The notes beneath the pieces were generated by a model, which ran no database searches, was not told where the DNA came from, and worked only from the letters and a program-made list of their open reading frames with translations. A stretch of 64,000 bases of DNA from Hemiscyllium ocellatum (taxonomy: Eukaryota), in assembly GCF_020745735.1 (NCBI RefSeq), contig NW_026867444.1:124001-188000 (forward strand), read 5' to 3'. The position numbers were made by a program, and so were the translations under genes. How positions within the stretch are numbered: the stretch's first letter is position 1; every line of letters starts with the position of its first letter. Below, in pieces: positions 37,325 to 47,319 of the stretch.

Positions 37325-37984
37325 TTATTCCTTGACAGTGGAGTCACAGGGAGACAGGGAGATGAAGAAGGTGTTGGGTACACTTGCCTTTATTGGTCAC
37401 TGCACTAAGTATCAGAGTTGGGACATCATTTGCAGCTGTACAGGAAATTTGGGAATAATGTGAACAATTCTGATCATCCTGTGATAGGAAGGATGCTGTT
37501 AAACTTAAAATTCTGCAGAAAAGATTTACATGGATGTTGCCTGGAACTGGAGGGTTTGAGCTGTCGGAAGAAGCTCAATAGACGGGTTATTTTTCCTGCA
37601 GGATCGGAGAAAGAGGGGTGGCCTTATAGATGTTTATAAAATCATGACGGGCATGGACAGGGTGTACATCCCAGGTCTTTGCCTTGGGAAAGGGAATCCA
37701 AAACTAGAGGGTATAGGTTTAAGATGAGAGGCAAAAGATCCAAAAGGGACCTGAGGGGTAACTTGTCACACAGAGGGTGGTGCGTGTATGGATTGAGCTG
37801 TCAGAGAAAGTGCTGGAGACGGATACAATTATAACATTTAAAAGATGTTTGGATGGGTACATGAATAGGAAGGGTTTAGAGGGATGTGGGCTAAATGCTG
37901 GCAAATGGGATGAGGTCAGTTTTGGATATCTAGTTAGCATGGAGACGTTAGACTGAAAGATCTGTTTCCACGCTGTCTGACTCC

Positions 37985-38810
37985 GTGACCATTAGAGGCT
38001 GGAAAAGCTGAGATCTTTTACCCTGAAGTGCCGGAGGCTGAGGAGTGACCTTATAGAGGTTTATAAAATCATGAGGGACATAAATAATGTTAATAATGCA
38101 GGAAGGAGGTGAATGTTTTGTGGAGCTGGCAAACATATGCACAAAGATCATTCCAGGGATGAGGAATATCAGTTATGAAGATAGATTGGAGAATTTGGGA
38201 CTGTCTTCTTTGGAGAAAGTTACAGATCACACAACATCAGGTTATAGTCCAACAGGTTAATGTGGAAGCACTAGCTTTTGGAGCGCCGCTGACAACCATT
38301 TGATGAAGGAGGGGCGCTCCGAAAGCTAGTGCTTCCAAATAAACCCCCTGTTGGACTATAACCTGGTGTTGTGTGATTTTTAACTTTGTCCACCCCAGTC
38401 CAACACCGGCACCTCCAAGTCTTTGGAGAAGGCAGCGAGGACAATTGTTCCAGAAATTCAAAATCAGGAGGGGCCTGGAACAGAGTAAATAGGTAGAAAA
38501 TAATTCCACTTGTGAAAGGATTGAGACCGAGAGGCCACAGATTGAAAGTAATTGGAAAAGTAAGAAAAGTGAGATGAGGGAAAACATTTTCAGCCAGTGG
38601 GTGGTTAAGGTGTGGAATGCACTGCCTGAGAGTGTGGTGGAGGCAGCTTCAATTGAAACATTCTGAAGGGAATGAGACTGTTATTTGAAAAGGAACAATG
38701 TGCAGGATGACAGGGAGAAGGCAGGAGAATGACACTCAGTCAATTGCTCATTCGGAGAGCTAGTCCAGACAGGATGGGTGGAATGGCCTCTTGTGCACTG
38801 TAACAGTTCT
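37985..38810 (+). mobile_element. CR1 3' fragments, intronic
   Basis: gaggagtgaccttatagaggtttataaaatcatgag and aggtgtggaatgcactgcctgagagtgtggtggaggc CR1 3' motifs. Confidence 0.75.
38218..38419. mobile_element. Fold-back Penelope-tail mini-element (family A) inserted in CR1 in the J-C intron
   Basis: Perfect 11-bp TSD TCTTTGGAGAA (38207-38217 and 38420-38430). Plus arm TTGATGA-A-GGAG-gggcg-CTCC-GAAA-GCTA-GTG (38300-38331). Confidence 0.87.
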
Positions 38811-38870
38811 GTGATTGTGTGATTGAGCAGAGCTAAAGCTGGGGGAGGTGGGAGCTCGGTGTCTCACTGT

Positions 38871-38898
38871 GCTGCTGCTGCTGCTGCTGCTGCTGCTG
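38871..38898 (+). repeat. (GCT)9 trinucleotide microsatellite
   Basis: Direct reading. Confidence 0.95.
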
Positions 38899-39273
38899 AG
38901 GTCAGTGAGATCAGAGACTGGGACAGGGAGCCAGAGCTCACATCAAACTCTGCCCCGTGTCCGTCACACTGAGACTGGCAGGAGGCTACTCACTGATTTC
39001 ACTCCATGCTGCAGGAATGGGACCACAGGCTGCAAATGGACAGAGCTCCTCCACACGGTGAGTAAAACTTGCTGACTTATATCTTGCTTTTTTTAAAGAG
39101 GGCATGAAAGTAAAGAAATACAGCTGGACACCCTGTTAGACACAGTGCTCCTCAATCAACCATTTCATTCACTGCAGCTCCCCACTAACACCTTCAACAA
39201 ATCAGCAACTGTATTTTAGAAAGTGTGTTTCAGTATTGACAGGGTTAATAACAGAGGATTGAAGTTTACTTAC

Positions 39274-39308
39274 TCAGTCTGAGCTTGGTTCCTTTACCGA
39301 ACGTGTAC
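39274..39308 (-). CDS. IGKJ: Ig kappa J segment
   Basis: G TAC ACG TTC GGT AAA GGA ACC AAG CTC AGA CTG A|GTAAGT = YTFGKGTKLRL; FGXG motif, consensus donor, phase 1 matching the C exon. Confidence 0.97.
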
Positions 39309-39347
39309 CACAGTGAGAGCTCCCAGTGCAGAGGCTGTACAAAAACC
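39309..39347 (+). promoter_or_regulatory. 23-bp-spacer recombination signal sequence of J
   Basis: CACAGTG (39309-39315), 23 nt, ACAAAAACC (39339-39347); perfect consensus. Confidence 0.98.
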
Positions 39348-39778
39348 TCAGCTCTCTGCTTCCCTCTTATCACAGTCAACTTCTCTCTGTCTCTGTCTGT
39401 CTCTCACTCACTCTCACCCTCTCCCTGCCCCTCTCTGTCTCTCCCTCATTCATGTGTCTTTCTCTCTCTGTCTCTCTGGGTCGTTTCCAGCTGGGCTCGG
39501 GAGGTTGGTGAAATTTATTTTTCAATGTTAAATCTTGCAGTAGCTCTTCACATGTGGCCATGGAGTGTAAGAGGGAAACTAGAGGCCTTCAGTGAGCGTT
39601 GAAACACCACAGGGATTGGAGTGTGTCGTGGACAGTGCCAATCCCAGTTTGAGGTAATTTGATCAGCTTCATTTAGATCTAACTGGATATGTCTGTTCAG
39701 GTGGTGGGACAGTGTGTCCATTATTATACATTTTATGTAACTGTGGGATGTGTCAGGAGGTAGTGCTTTATGTATTGA

Positions 39779-39806
39779 GGTTTTTGTACAGCTCTGTGTC
39801 ACTGTG
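39779..39806 (-). promoter_or_regulatory. 12-bp-spacer recombination signal sequence of V
   Basis: Minus strand CACAGTG-ACACAGAGCTGT-ACAAAAACC; perfect consensus. Confidence 0.98.
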
Positions 39807-40105
39807 TCGAGGGGAGCTGCTATACTGCTGACAGTAATAGTCAGCGACATCCTCATTCTGAACGTTGCTGATTGTCAGGGTGAAACTGGTCCCTGATCCA
39901 CTGCCGGTGAATCGATCGGAGACTCCTGTGAATCGATTTGTTGCATAATAGATCAGGAGAGAGGGTTTCTGACCTTCTCGCTGCTGGTACCAGTTAACAT
40001 AGTTGCTAACAGATTGACTGGCCGTACAGGTGATGGTTGCGGTCTGGTCCAGTCCCACTGACAGCACTGGGGGAGACTGGGTCATGCTGATGTCCCCACT
40101 GATAC
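39807..40105 (-). CDS. IGKV: Ig kappa (type III/NS4-like) L2-V exon, germline
   Basis: Acceptor ...gacccctcAG at 40106-40107. Reads [100 protein letters not shown]; both Cys, WYQQ and DYYC intact. Confidence 0.97.
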
Positions 40106-40291
40106 CTGAGGGGTCAGAGAGAAACACAGTGAAGTCAGAACTGTCACAGAAAGAGCCTGTCAAATGAGAGATTATTGGAGACTCTGAGCATTCCTCTGGT
40201 TTCAGCATTTTCCCTTCAATCACAAGTCAGTGGAATTGGAGTGAAATGGAGAGCAGCTAAAGATTCAAGGTGGAAGGAGAGAGATTTGTAC

Positions 40292-40340
40292 CTGCGACAC
40301 AGAATGCCAGGGGCCAGATCAGCTGGATGTGTGAAATCAT
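40292..40340 (-). CDS. IGKV: Ig kappa leader exon L1
   Basis: MISHIQLIWPLAFCVA+G|GTAC; 49 nt, phase 1, 186-bp intron to L2-V. Confidence 0.93.
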
Positions 40341-40400
40341 GGTGTGTGTTCCTGTCCCTGTGCCTGGTTCCTGATGAACTCTCCCTTCACTGGGCTCTGC

Positions 40401-40494
40401 TTTATAAAGCTGCAGCCTGTGAGAGTCTGACTGGGTGTTCCTCAGTATGTAAATGGCATCAGGCAGAGAGAGCCACGTCCTCATACTTCCTCTT
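40401..40494 (-). promoter_or_regulatory. V-kappa promoter: TATA, octamer variant and PU.1/Ets site
   Basis: TTTATAAA at 40401-40408; ATTTACAT at 40447-40454 (one mismatch to ATTTGCAT); AAGAGGAAGT at 40485-40494; spacing typical of Ig V promoters. Confidence 0.75.
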
Positions 40495-40779
40495 CTCTCT
40501 CTCTCTCTCTCACTCTCTCTGTCTCAGAGTCATTGATGTGAACAGCAGTGAATGAGGCCATTTGGCCCATTGTGTCTGTGCTGGTAAACAAAGATCTGAT
40601 GACACTAATCAGCAACACAAGGGAATATCTAAACACTGCTCCAATGTCACGAGAGTTTGTGACTCAACCAGCCTTTCAGGCAGTGAGTTCCAGACTCCCA
40701 CCACCCTCTGGGTGAAAACATTTCTTCTCAACTCTCCTCTCACTCTCCAACTCGCCTGGCCATGGACTCACTCGTGTTC

Positions 40780-41275
40780 AGAACGATGAGAGGGGATCTA
40801 ATTGAAACATATAAAATTGTAACAGGGCTGGGCAGGGAGGAGGTTTCCCCTGGTTGGGGAGTCTGGAACCAGGGGACACAGGCTCAGGGGGATACAGGGT
40901 TGACCATTTCGGACTGAGATGAGGAAACATTTCTTCACTCAGAGAGTGGTCAACCTGTGGAATTCTCTACCACTGAAGGCTGTGGAGGACAAGGAACTGA
41001 GTACATTCAAGAAAAAGAGAGAGATAATTGTTTTGCATTTTAACAGCTTGAAGAGAATGGGGAGAAGGCAGGAATATGGCTTTGAGAGAGAGGATCATCC
41101 ATAGATCATAGAATGCCTACAGTGTGGAAACAGGCCATTTGGCCCGACAAGTCCACACTGACCCTCGAAGAAATTATGACATTCAAAAATTGATACAGCC
41201 ATGATCATACTGAATGACAGAGCAGACTCAGAGGGCCGAATGGCCTACTGCTGCTCCAAGTTTCTACGTGTCCAT
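40780..41275 (+). mobile_element. CR1 3' fragment with nested SINE tail
   Basis: MRKHFFTQRVVNLWNSLP; 3' UTR gaatggcctactgctgctcc. Confidence 0.8.
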
Positions 41276-41489
41276 GTCTGTGTTACCTTCAATCTCTGTA
41301 CCAGGTTATTAAGTCCTTTACTCATGTAAAAAGTGCCATCCTACCCACCCTATCACTGTCCTGAATAATCCTATCCCTCTCTATCAGATCCCTTTTAAGC
41401 CTTCACTGCTCAAAGCTCACATTCAGGCAGCATCCTGGGAAATCTCCCTGTACCCTCTCAGGTACAATCACATTCTTCCCAGAGTGTGG

Positions 41490-41603
41490 TGACCAAGACT
41501 TGTCCCTCTCTCTCTTTCTCTGACTCACATCTGCCATTTCTTTCTCTCTACCTCTATCTCTCTCTCTCAATGTTAATCTCTTTCATGTTCTCTCTCTCTC
41601 TCT

Positions 41604-41644
<41 letters not shown>

Positions 41645-42109
41645 TCTGTCTCATAGCCACATTCTCCAACTCACTGATGCTTTCTGACTCCATCTTATTA
41701 TCTGTTTCTCCATCTCTCACTGTCTCTGTTACTCGCTCCCTCTCTCACTTCATTTAAAAGCATCCAATTGTTATCTGTCACTCTCTATTCCTCCCTCTTT
41801 CTCTCTCCTTCCCTCTCTACCTCCCAATTTACAGTCTCTCTCCCTCTCTCTCTGTCATTATAAATCTACCCATACTCATCTCTCTCTCTCACACTCAACC
41901 CTACCCTCCCTCTCAACTCTCTTCATGCTTAGTCTCACACCCATCCTGTCTCTCACTCTCTCTCTCTCTCTCCTTGTCTCTTTGTCTCTCTCCATCCCTC
42001 TCAGTCACACTGTCTCACATCTTGTTTCTCTCTCTATCCCTCAACCTCACCATTTCTACCTCCCTCTAACTCTCTCTTGGTCACCTCACATATCTTACAC
42101 CGTATCAGA
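41490..42109. repeat. CT-rich low-complexity tract with (CA)n
   Basis: Direct reading; abuts the assembly gap. Confidence 0.9.
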
Positions 42110-42247
42110 NNNNNNNNNNNNNNNNNNNNNNNNNNNNNNNNNNNNNNNNNNNNNNNNNNNNNNNNNNNNNNNNNNNNNNNNNNNNNNNNNNNNNNNNNNN
42201 NNNNNNNNNNNNNNNNNNNNNNNNNNNNNNNNNNNNNNNNNNNNNNN
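42110..42247. other. Assembly gap (138 N)
   Basis: Run of N. Confidence 0.99.
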
Positions 42248-42659
42248 CACGGCTCTCACTTTCTGACAGTGTCCTGGGTGGTGACAGTTGAATGCAGGAT
42301 AAATCTCCCTCTGCTCTCCCCCACTAATGGATGTTAACCCTTGACCCCTGTCTTCTCCTGGAGTAAGACCCTATTTCCACGTTGACCAGGGTTTGGCCTC
42401 TCTCAGGAAGATGGACAGATTCTGGTCAAATGAAGGGCAGTTCTGTGCTGTCCTGTGCTGTTGGCCTATTCTCACTAGGGACTGATTTGGACACAAACCT
42501 CATTCCGTGAAGGCCTACCAGAGAGAGGAGATCCTCAGATCATTAGCGTGAGTTCGAGGGTAGACAGGACAGGCTCTGACCACTGACCCATCCTGTCCAT
42601 TCACAACATGTTCCAATCCCTTCCGCTGTCCTTCCCCTTCCACGGTCAGTCTTTTCTGA

Positions 42660-42982
42660 AATTAGATTAGATTACGTTAGATTACTTACAGTGTGGAAAC
42701 AGGCCCTTCGGCCCAACAAGTCCACACCAACCCGCCGAAGTGCAACCCACATACCCCTACATTTACCCCTTACCTAACACAATGGGCAATTTAGCATGGC
42801 CAATTCACCTGACCCGCACATCTTTTGGAGTGTGGGAGGAAACCAGGGCACCCGGAGGAAACCCACGCAGACACGGGGAGAACGTGCAAACTCCACACAG
42901 TCAGTCGCCTGAGTCGGGAATTGAACCCGGGTCTCCAGCGCTGTGAGGCAGCAGTGCTAACCACTGTGCCACCGTGGCGCCC
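42660..42982 (-). mobile_element. Young HE1-like V-SINE
   Basis: Reverse complement of the 34945 family, full length, with (AATCT)n-type tail. Confidence 0.92.
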
Positions 42983-43399
42983 ACAATGGAGTGATCCCTT
43001 CCCTGTCTCACACCAAGGAGGAGATGAACAGATATCTAATGGGTAATGGGTTAAAGGATGATGGAAAGTGGGCAGGAAAGTGGAGTTGCGTCTGAGATGG
43101 GATCAGCCATGATTGTATTAAATGGTGGAGCGGGCTCGAGGGGCTGAATTGCCTGCTCCTGCTCCTAGTTCTTATGTTCCCCCACCCCTCCCCCATTCCT
43201 CTTACTGCAACTTTGTGAACATTCTTGGAATGTTTGGACATTGAAGGTGTTATGTGAATTCAAGATTTGTGTGGATATAATGTGGGGACAGAATTGCGCA
43301 CGGGCTGTGATAGCTCCTGCGGTTGAATATCCTGCTGGCAGGTTTCCGCCTTCCATATACAGAATGGGGAAGTGGGGGCGGTCGGAATGTACTGCCGGG

Positions 43400-44710
43400 G
43401 TACACGGCACTGTCCTCTAGCAATGTGGTTGACTCTCTAGTGCCCTCTGAACTGGCAGAGCAAGGCTCTCAGTTGTATCAATTACGACAATGTTTCAACA
43501 AAGAAATGAGACCGGACGGACCACAGGCATCGATCTAGACACCGAAAAGACAATGACAGAAACAGTCCTGTCTACCCTGCTCCATCCTCCTTACTGACAT
43601 CTGGGAGCTAGGGCCAAATTCAGGACAGCTGTCTCACAGATGACTCAAGCAACAGCCTGACACAGTCATACTCACAGAACCATACCTTACAGACAATGTC
43701 CCAGACACCACCATCACTGTCCCTGCATGTGTCCTGTCCCACCAGAAAGGCAGACCCAGCAGAGCTGGTGACACAGTGGTCTACAGCCAGGAGGGAGTTA
43801 CCCTGGGAAGTCTCAAAGTTGGCTCTGGACCCCGTGAAGACTCATGAAACTAAGTTAAACATGGGTGAGGAAACCTCCTGATGACTACAAGATATCTTGC
43901 TCCCTCAGCTGATGTTCAGTCTCTCCTGGATGTTGAACAACATTTGGAGGAAGCACTGAGGGTGATGACAGCAGAGAGTGTACTCTGGTGGGGGGTTTCA
44001 ATGTCCACCACTGAGAGTGGCTCGGCAGCAGCATTACTGATCGAGCTGGTTGGTTCCTCATGGATGTAGCTGAGGGACTGGCTCTGCAGCTGGAACCAAA
44101 AAGATGGAAAAAGATGCTTGAACCCATCCTCACCCCAGTCTTGTGGCTGTAGATGCATCTATCCTTGACAGTATTGGTAAGAGTGACCATCACACAGTCC
44201 TTGTGGATACAAAGTCTGACCTACACATTGAGAATCTCCTCCATTGTGTTGTGTGGTACTATCACCGTACTAAATAGGACAGACTCCGAACAGATATTGC
44301 AACTCAAGGCAAACTCGTAAATGGGGATGATTGCCAAAGATTGCACAATGCTCAGCACTATTGTCAACTCCTCAGATACTGAAGCAGTCCACGTGCAAAT
44401 GCAACAATATCTGGACAACATCCAGATTTTGTCTGAGAAGTGACATTTCCCATTGGTGCCATGCAAATGCCAGCCAATCACCATCACCAATAAGAGACAA
44501 TCTTAGCATTGATTGTCAAGGGGCAATGTTATTACCATCACTGAATCCACACTATCAACATTCTTGAGGTACTATTGACCAGAAACAAAACTGGATTCAC
44601 CAAAGAAACACAGTGGTTACAAGAGCAAGTTAGAGGCTAGGAATACTGCAACGAGTAACTCAACTCCTGACCCCCCAAAGCCTGTCAACCAAGTCAGGAG
44701 TGTGAGCAAA
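43400..44710 (+). mobile_element. Decayed LINE (CR1/L2 group), EN and 3' remnants
   Basis: LLDVEQHLEEALRV...VLWWGVS EN segment; same family as 3060-4480 and 14380-14520. Confidence 0.7.
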
Positions 44711-45093
44711 TACTCCCCACTTGCCTGGACAGGTTCAGCTCCAACAACATTCATAGATTGATAGTGTCACAGAGTCATACAGCACAGAAACAAACCCTTA
44801 AGCCAAACTTCTACATGCTGACCAGGTTTTCTGAAGTGAACTCATCTTATTTGCCTGCATTTCACACATATCCCTTGAAACCTTTCCTATCTATGTCGAT
44901 TGTATCCTATGTCTTTCTTATCCACTCAAAAAGCTTGATACCATCCAGAGCAAAGCAAACTCCTTGATTGGCATCGCATTCTCAAAACACCCAAACTCAC
45001 CGTCACTGACGCTCCATAGCTGCAGTGTGTATTATCGAAAAGATGCACTGCAGAAATTCATCACTGATCTTCAGATAGCACCTTCCAAACCCA

Positions 45094-45288
45094 TGGACAA
45101 AAATAAAAATTGCAGGAAAAGCTCAGCAGGTCTGGCAGCATCTTGGAGAGAAATCAGAATTGACATTTCTGGTTGAGCATGAAATATTAACTCTGATTTC
45201 TCTTCACAGATGCTGCCAGACCTGCTGAGCTTTTCCAGCACTTTCTATTTTTGTCTCGGATTTACAGCATCTGCAGTTCTTTTGGTTT
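45094..45288. mobile_element. Fold-back Penelope-tail mini-element lacking the hammerhead CUGA core
   Basis: Inverted arms (cagcaggtctggcagcatct / agatgctgccagacctgctg); TSD CCTTCCAAACCCA (45081-45093) / CCCTCCAAACCCA (45289-45301). Confidence 0.75.
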
Positions 45289-45871
45289 CCCTCCAAACCC
45301 ACGTTCACTTCCATTTAGAACAAGAGCAGCAGATACATGGGAACTCTGTGAGCTGCAAGTTCCCCTCAAAAAAGCTTAGCATCCGGACTTGGAAATATGT
45401 CGCTGATCCCTCAGCCTTGCTGGGTTAAAATGCTGGCATTGTGGGTCAACTTACAGCTTATGGACGATAACAATTCAAGATGGCAGCTTCCCACCACCTA
45501 CTCCAGGGCAACTAGGGACAGGGTAAAAAATGTTGACCCAGCCGGTGAAGCCCACTTCCCACAAGTGAATATGCAAAACCAAATGAAGTGTTCCTCAGGA
45601 GGGGAGAGGGAATGTTCAGGGTCCTGATCTCCATTTCCCAGCCCAGGCAGTTTGTCTCCCACTGAATGAATGAGATGCCAATTTGAAGCCAGGTTCAGGG
45701 CAGTCTCACTCTGTGGACATGAGGTCTATAAGAGGGAATTGGAATTTGAGCTATAAAGGAAAGATTTGCTGGGTTACGGGGAGAGAGAGGGGAGCAGTGG
45801 GACTAACTGGGTCATTCAAAGGCTTGATGGGCTGAATGGCCTCCTCCTGTGCTGTCAGATTCCAGGGAGTG

Positions 45872-46018
45872 CAGATGGTTCACAGTTTTCTCCCGTCTCA
45901 GTAACAAACATCCAGCTGCTCCGAGCTCCTTCTTTCACTTCCTCTCTTGGTGAAGTTTCAACCTTGCGATCTGACAGTCTTTGCAGTTATTTGTGACACT
46001 GGGGCTTTCTGCTGTGGT
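45872..46018. promoter_or_regulatory. Candidate B-cell enhancer motif cluster
   Basis: Ets-IRF composite GGAAGTGAAA with purine-rich 5' flank (minus strand, 45933-45942), E-boxes CAGATG (45872) and CAGCTG (45913), kB-like GGGGCTTTCT (46001), Runx TGTGGT (46013). Confidence 0.35.
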
Positions 46019-47319
46019 CAGAATCTCTAATAATAAGTGTCCAATCAGTGACAATCACAGCAGCTAAGAGCAGTCAGGACACTGGGAAACACATTGGGAA
46101 GATCAAAGCCGTCCTCTTCAGCTCCTGGTACAAACTCCATCCCTCTCCCTGAGCACTGTCTGCTGCTCAACCAGACTCTTTACAAGTTTGGCCTCATCTT
46201 TGGGGCTGATTTGAGGCCCAAATCCTCCACATCGCAATTATCAGCCACTGATAATCTCAACCATGTTTTTGTGACCATTCCAATGTTATTCAGGCCCATA
46301 TCACAGCCACTGACTTCCGTAAACATCACCTCAATCCAAACTCTGCTGTCTGTGTTCAAACTCACACCAAGTCCACCCCACACCCCTGCCCATGCCTCGC
46401 CACCCCACCATAACCACCACAATCTTCACTGACTGACATAAACTCTTGGTCCAGCAGTACCTCGATTTTCAAATTTTCATCCTTGTTCTCAATCTGCTCC
46501 CTGTTCTTCACCCTCCCTATCTCTGTGACCTCCTCCAAGTTGCCTCACTCAGTGTGATCAATAATCTTGGATATATGGCTCTCTGTTTCTTGATCCAAGT
46601 CATTGACAAATATCATGAAAAGCTGAGTTCCCAGCACAGATCCCTGGCAACACCACTACTCACATCTGGCTCATTAGAACACACGCACATTATCCTTCCT
46701 CTCTGTCTCCTAGACAGACCCATTCCTGACCCAAGGTAAATGCATTTCTCAAATTCCATCCAATTCCATGATTTGGAGATGCCAGTGTTGGACTGTCGTG
46801 TAAATATTAAAAATCACAGAACACCAGGTTCTAATGCAACAGCTTTGTTTGGAAGCATCAGCGTTTGGAGCGCTGCTCCTTCATCAGATGCTTGTGGAGT
46901 GTAAGATCTGAATCAATGTTTCTTATGTGGAACATTCTTAAATGTCTTTTGGAATTCCCTATAGACAATAGCCATCGACATTTCCTTATATCCCACACTA
47001 GTGAGCTCCGAACAAAGTGTAACCCGGTTAGTTAAAGATGTCTGAACCTTGTCAATCCATGCTGATTGTATATATACAGAATTTGTCTGTTATTCTGTCT
47101 CTAAAAATAGACTCAATCACTTCCTGACAACAGACATTCAATGGAGATGTTCATTATAATTGAGGCTCGTAAACAGCTAGCACTGACACGAAGGGCTGAA
47201 CAGCCACCTCCTGTGCTGGCACCTTCTCTGTCTCCTTGTGGGAAATATTTTACAGATTAAAAACTAACGACCAGCAGCAAATTTTAAAATATAAATTAAA
47301 AACTCCTCAAATAATTTCC

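Larger units (their letters stand above)
34050..37980 (+). mobile_element. Decayed CR1 LINE (ORF1 with SGNH-esterase-like region and ORF2), interrupted by a SINE, a fold-back element and a GGGGCA expansion
   Basis: SRMVCCLPGARVKDVTERLQ...VVVHIG ORF1 motif (34560-34680), RT motifs at 36420-36850 and 3' UTR at about 37900-37980. Confidence 0.8.

Noticed and set aside
37107-37463. GQ-repeat or GR-repeat proteins
   Set aside because: Translation of the GGGGCA repeat inside a dead CR1.
38848-39075. Antisense ORF with a signal-peptide-like poly-Leu and a nearby GTGAGT donor
   Set aside because: GTG start, the Leu run is the CTG microsatellite, and no downstream exon was found.
18586-39147. Other isolated CACAGTG heptamers (about 18586, 25437, 29114, 39141) as extra RSSs or additional V/J segments
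   Set aside because: No nonamer at 12 or 23 spacing and no adjacent coding segment; several are expected by chance.
41925-42337. ORFs spanning the N run
   Set aside because: Artefacts of low-complexity sequence and the assembly gap.
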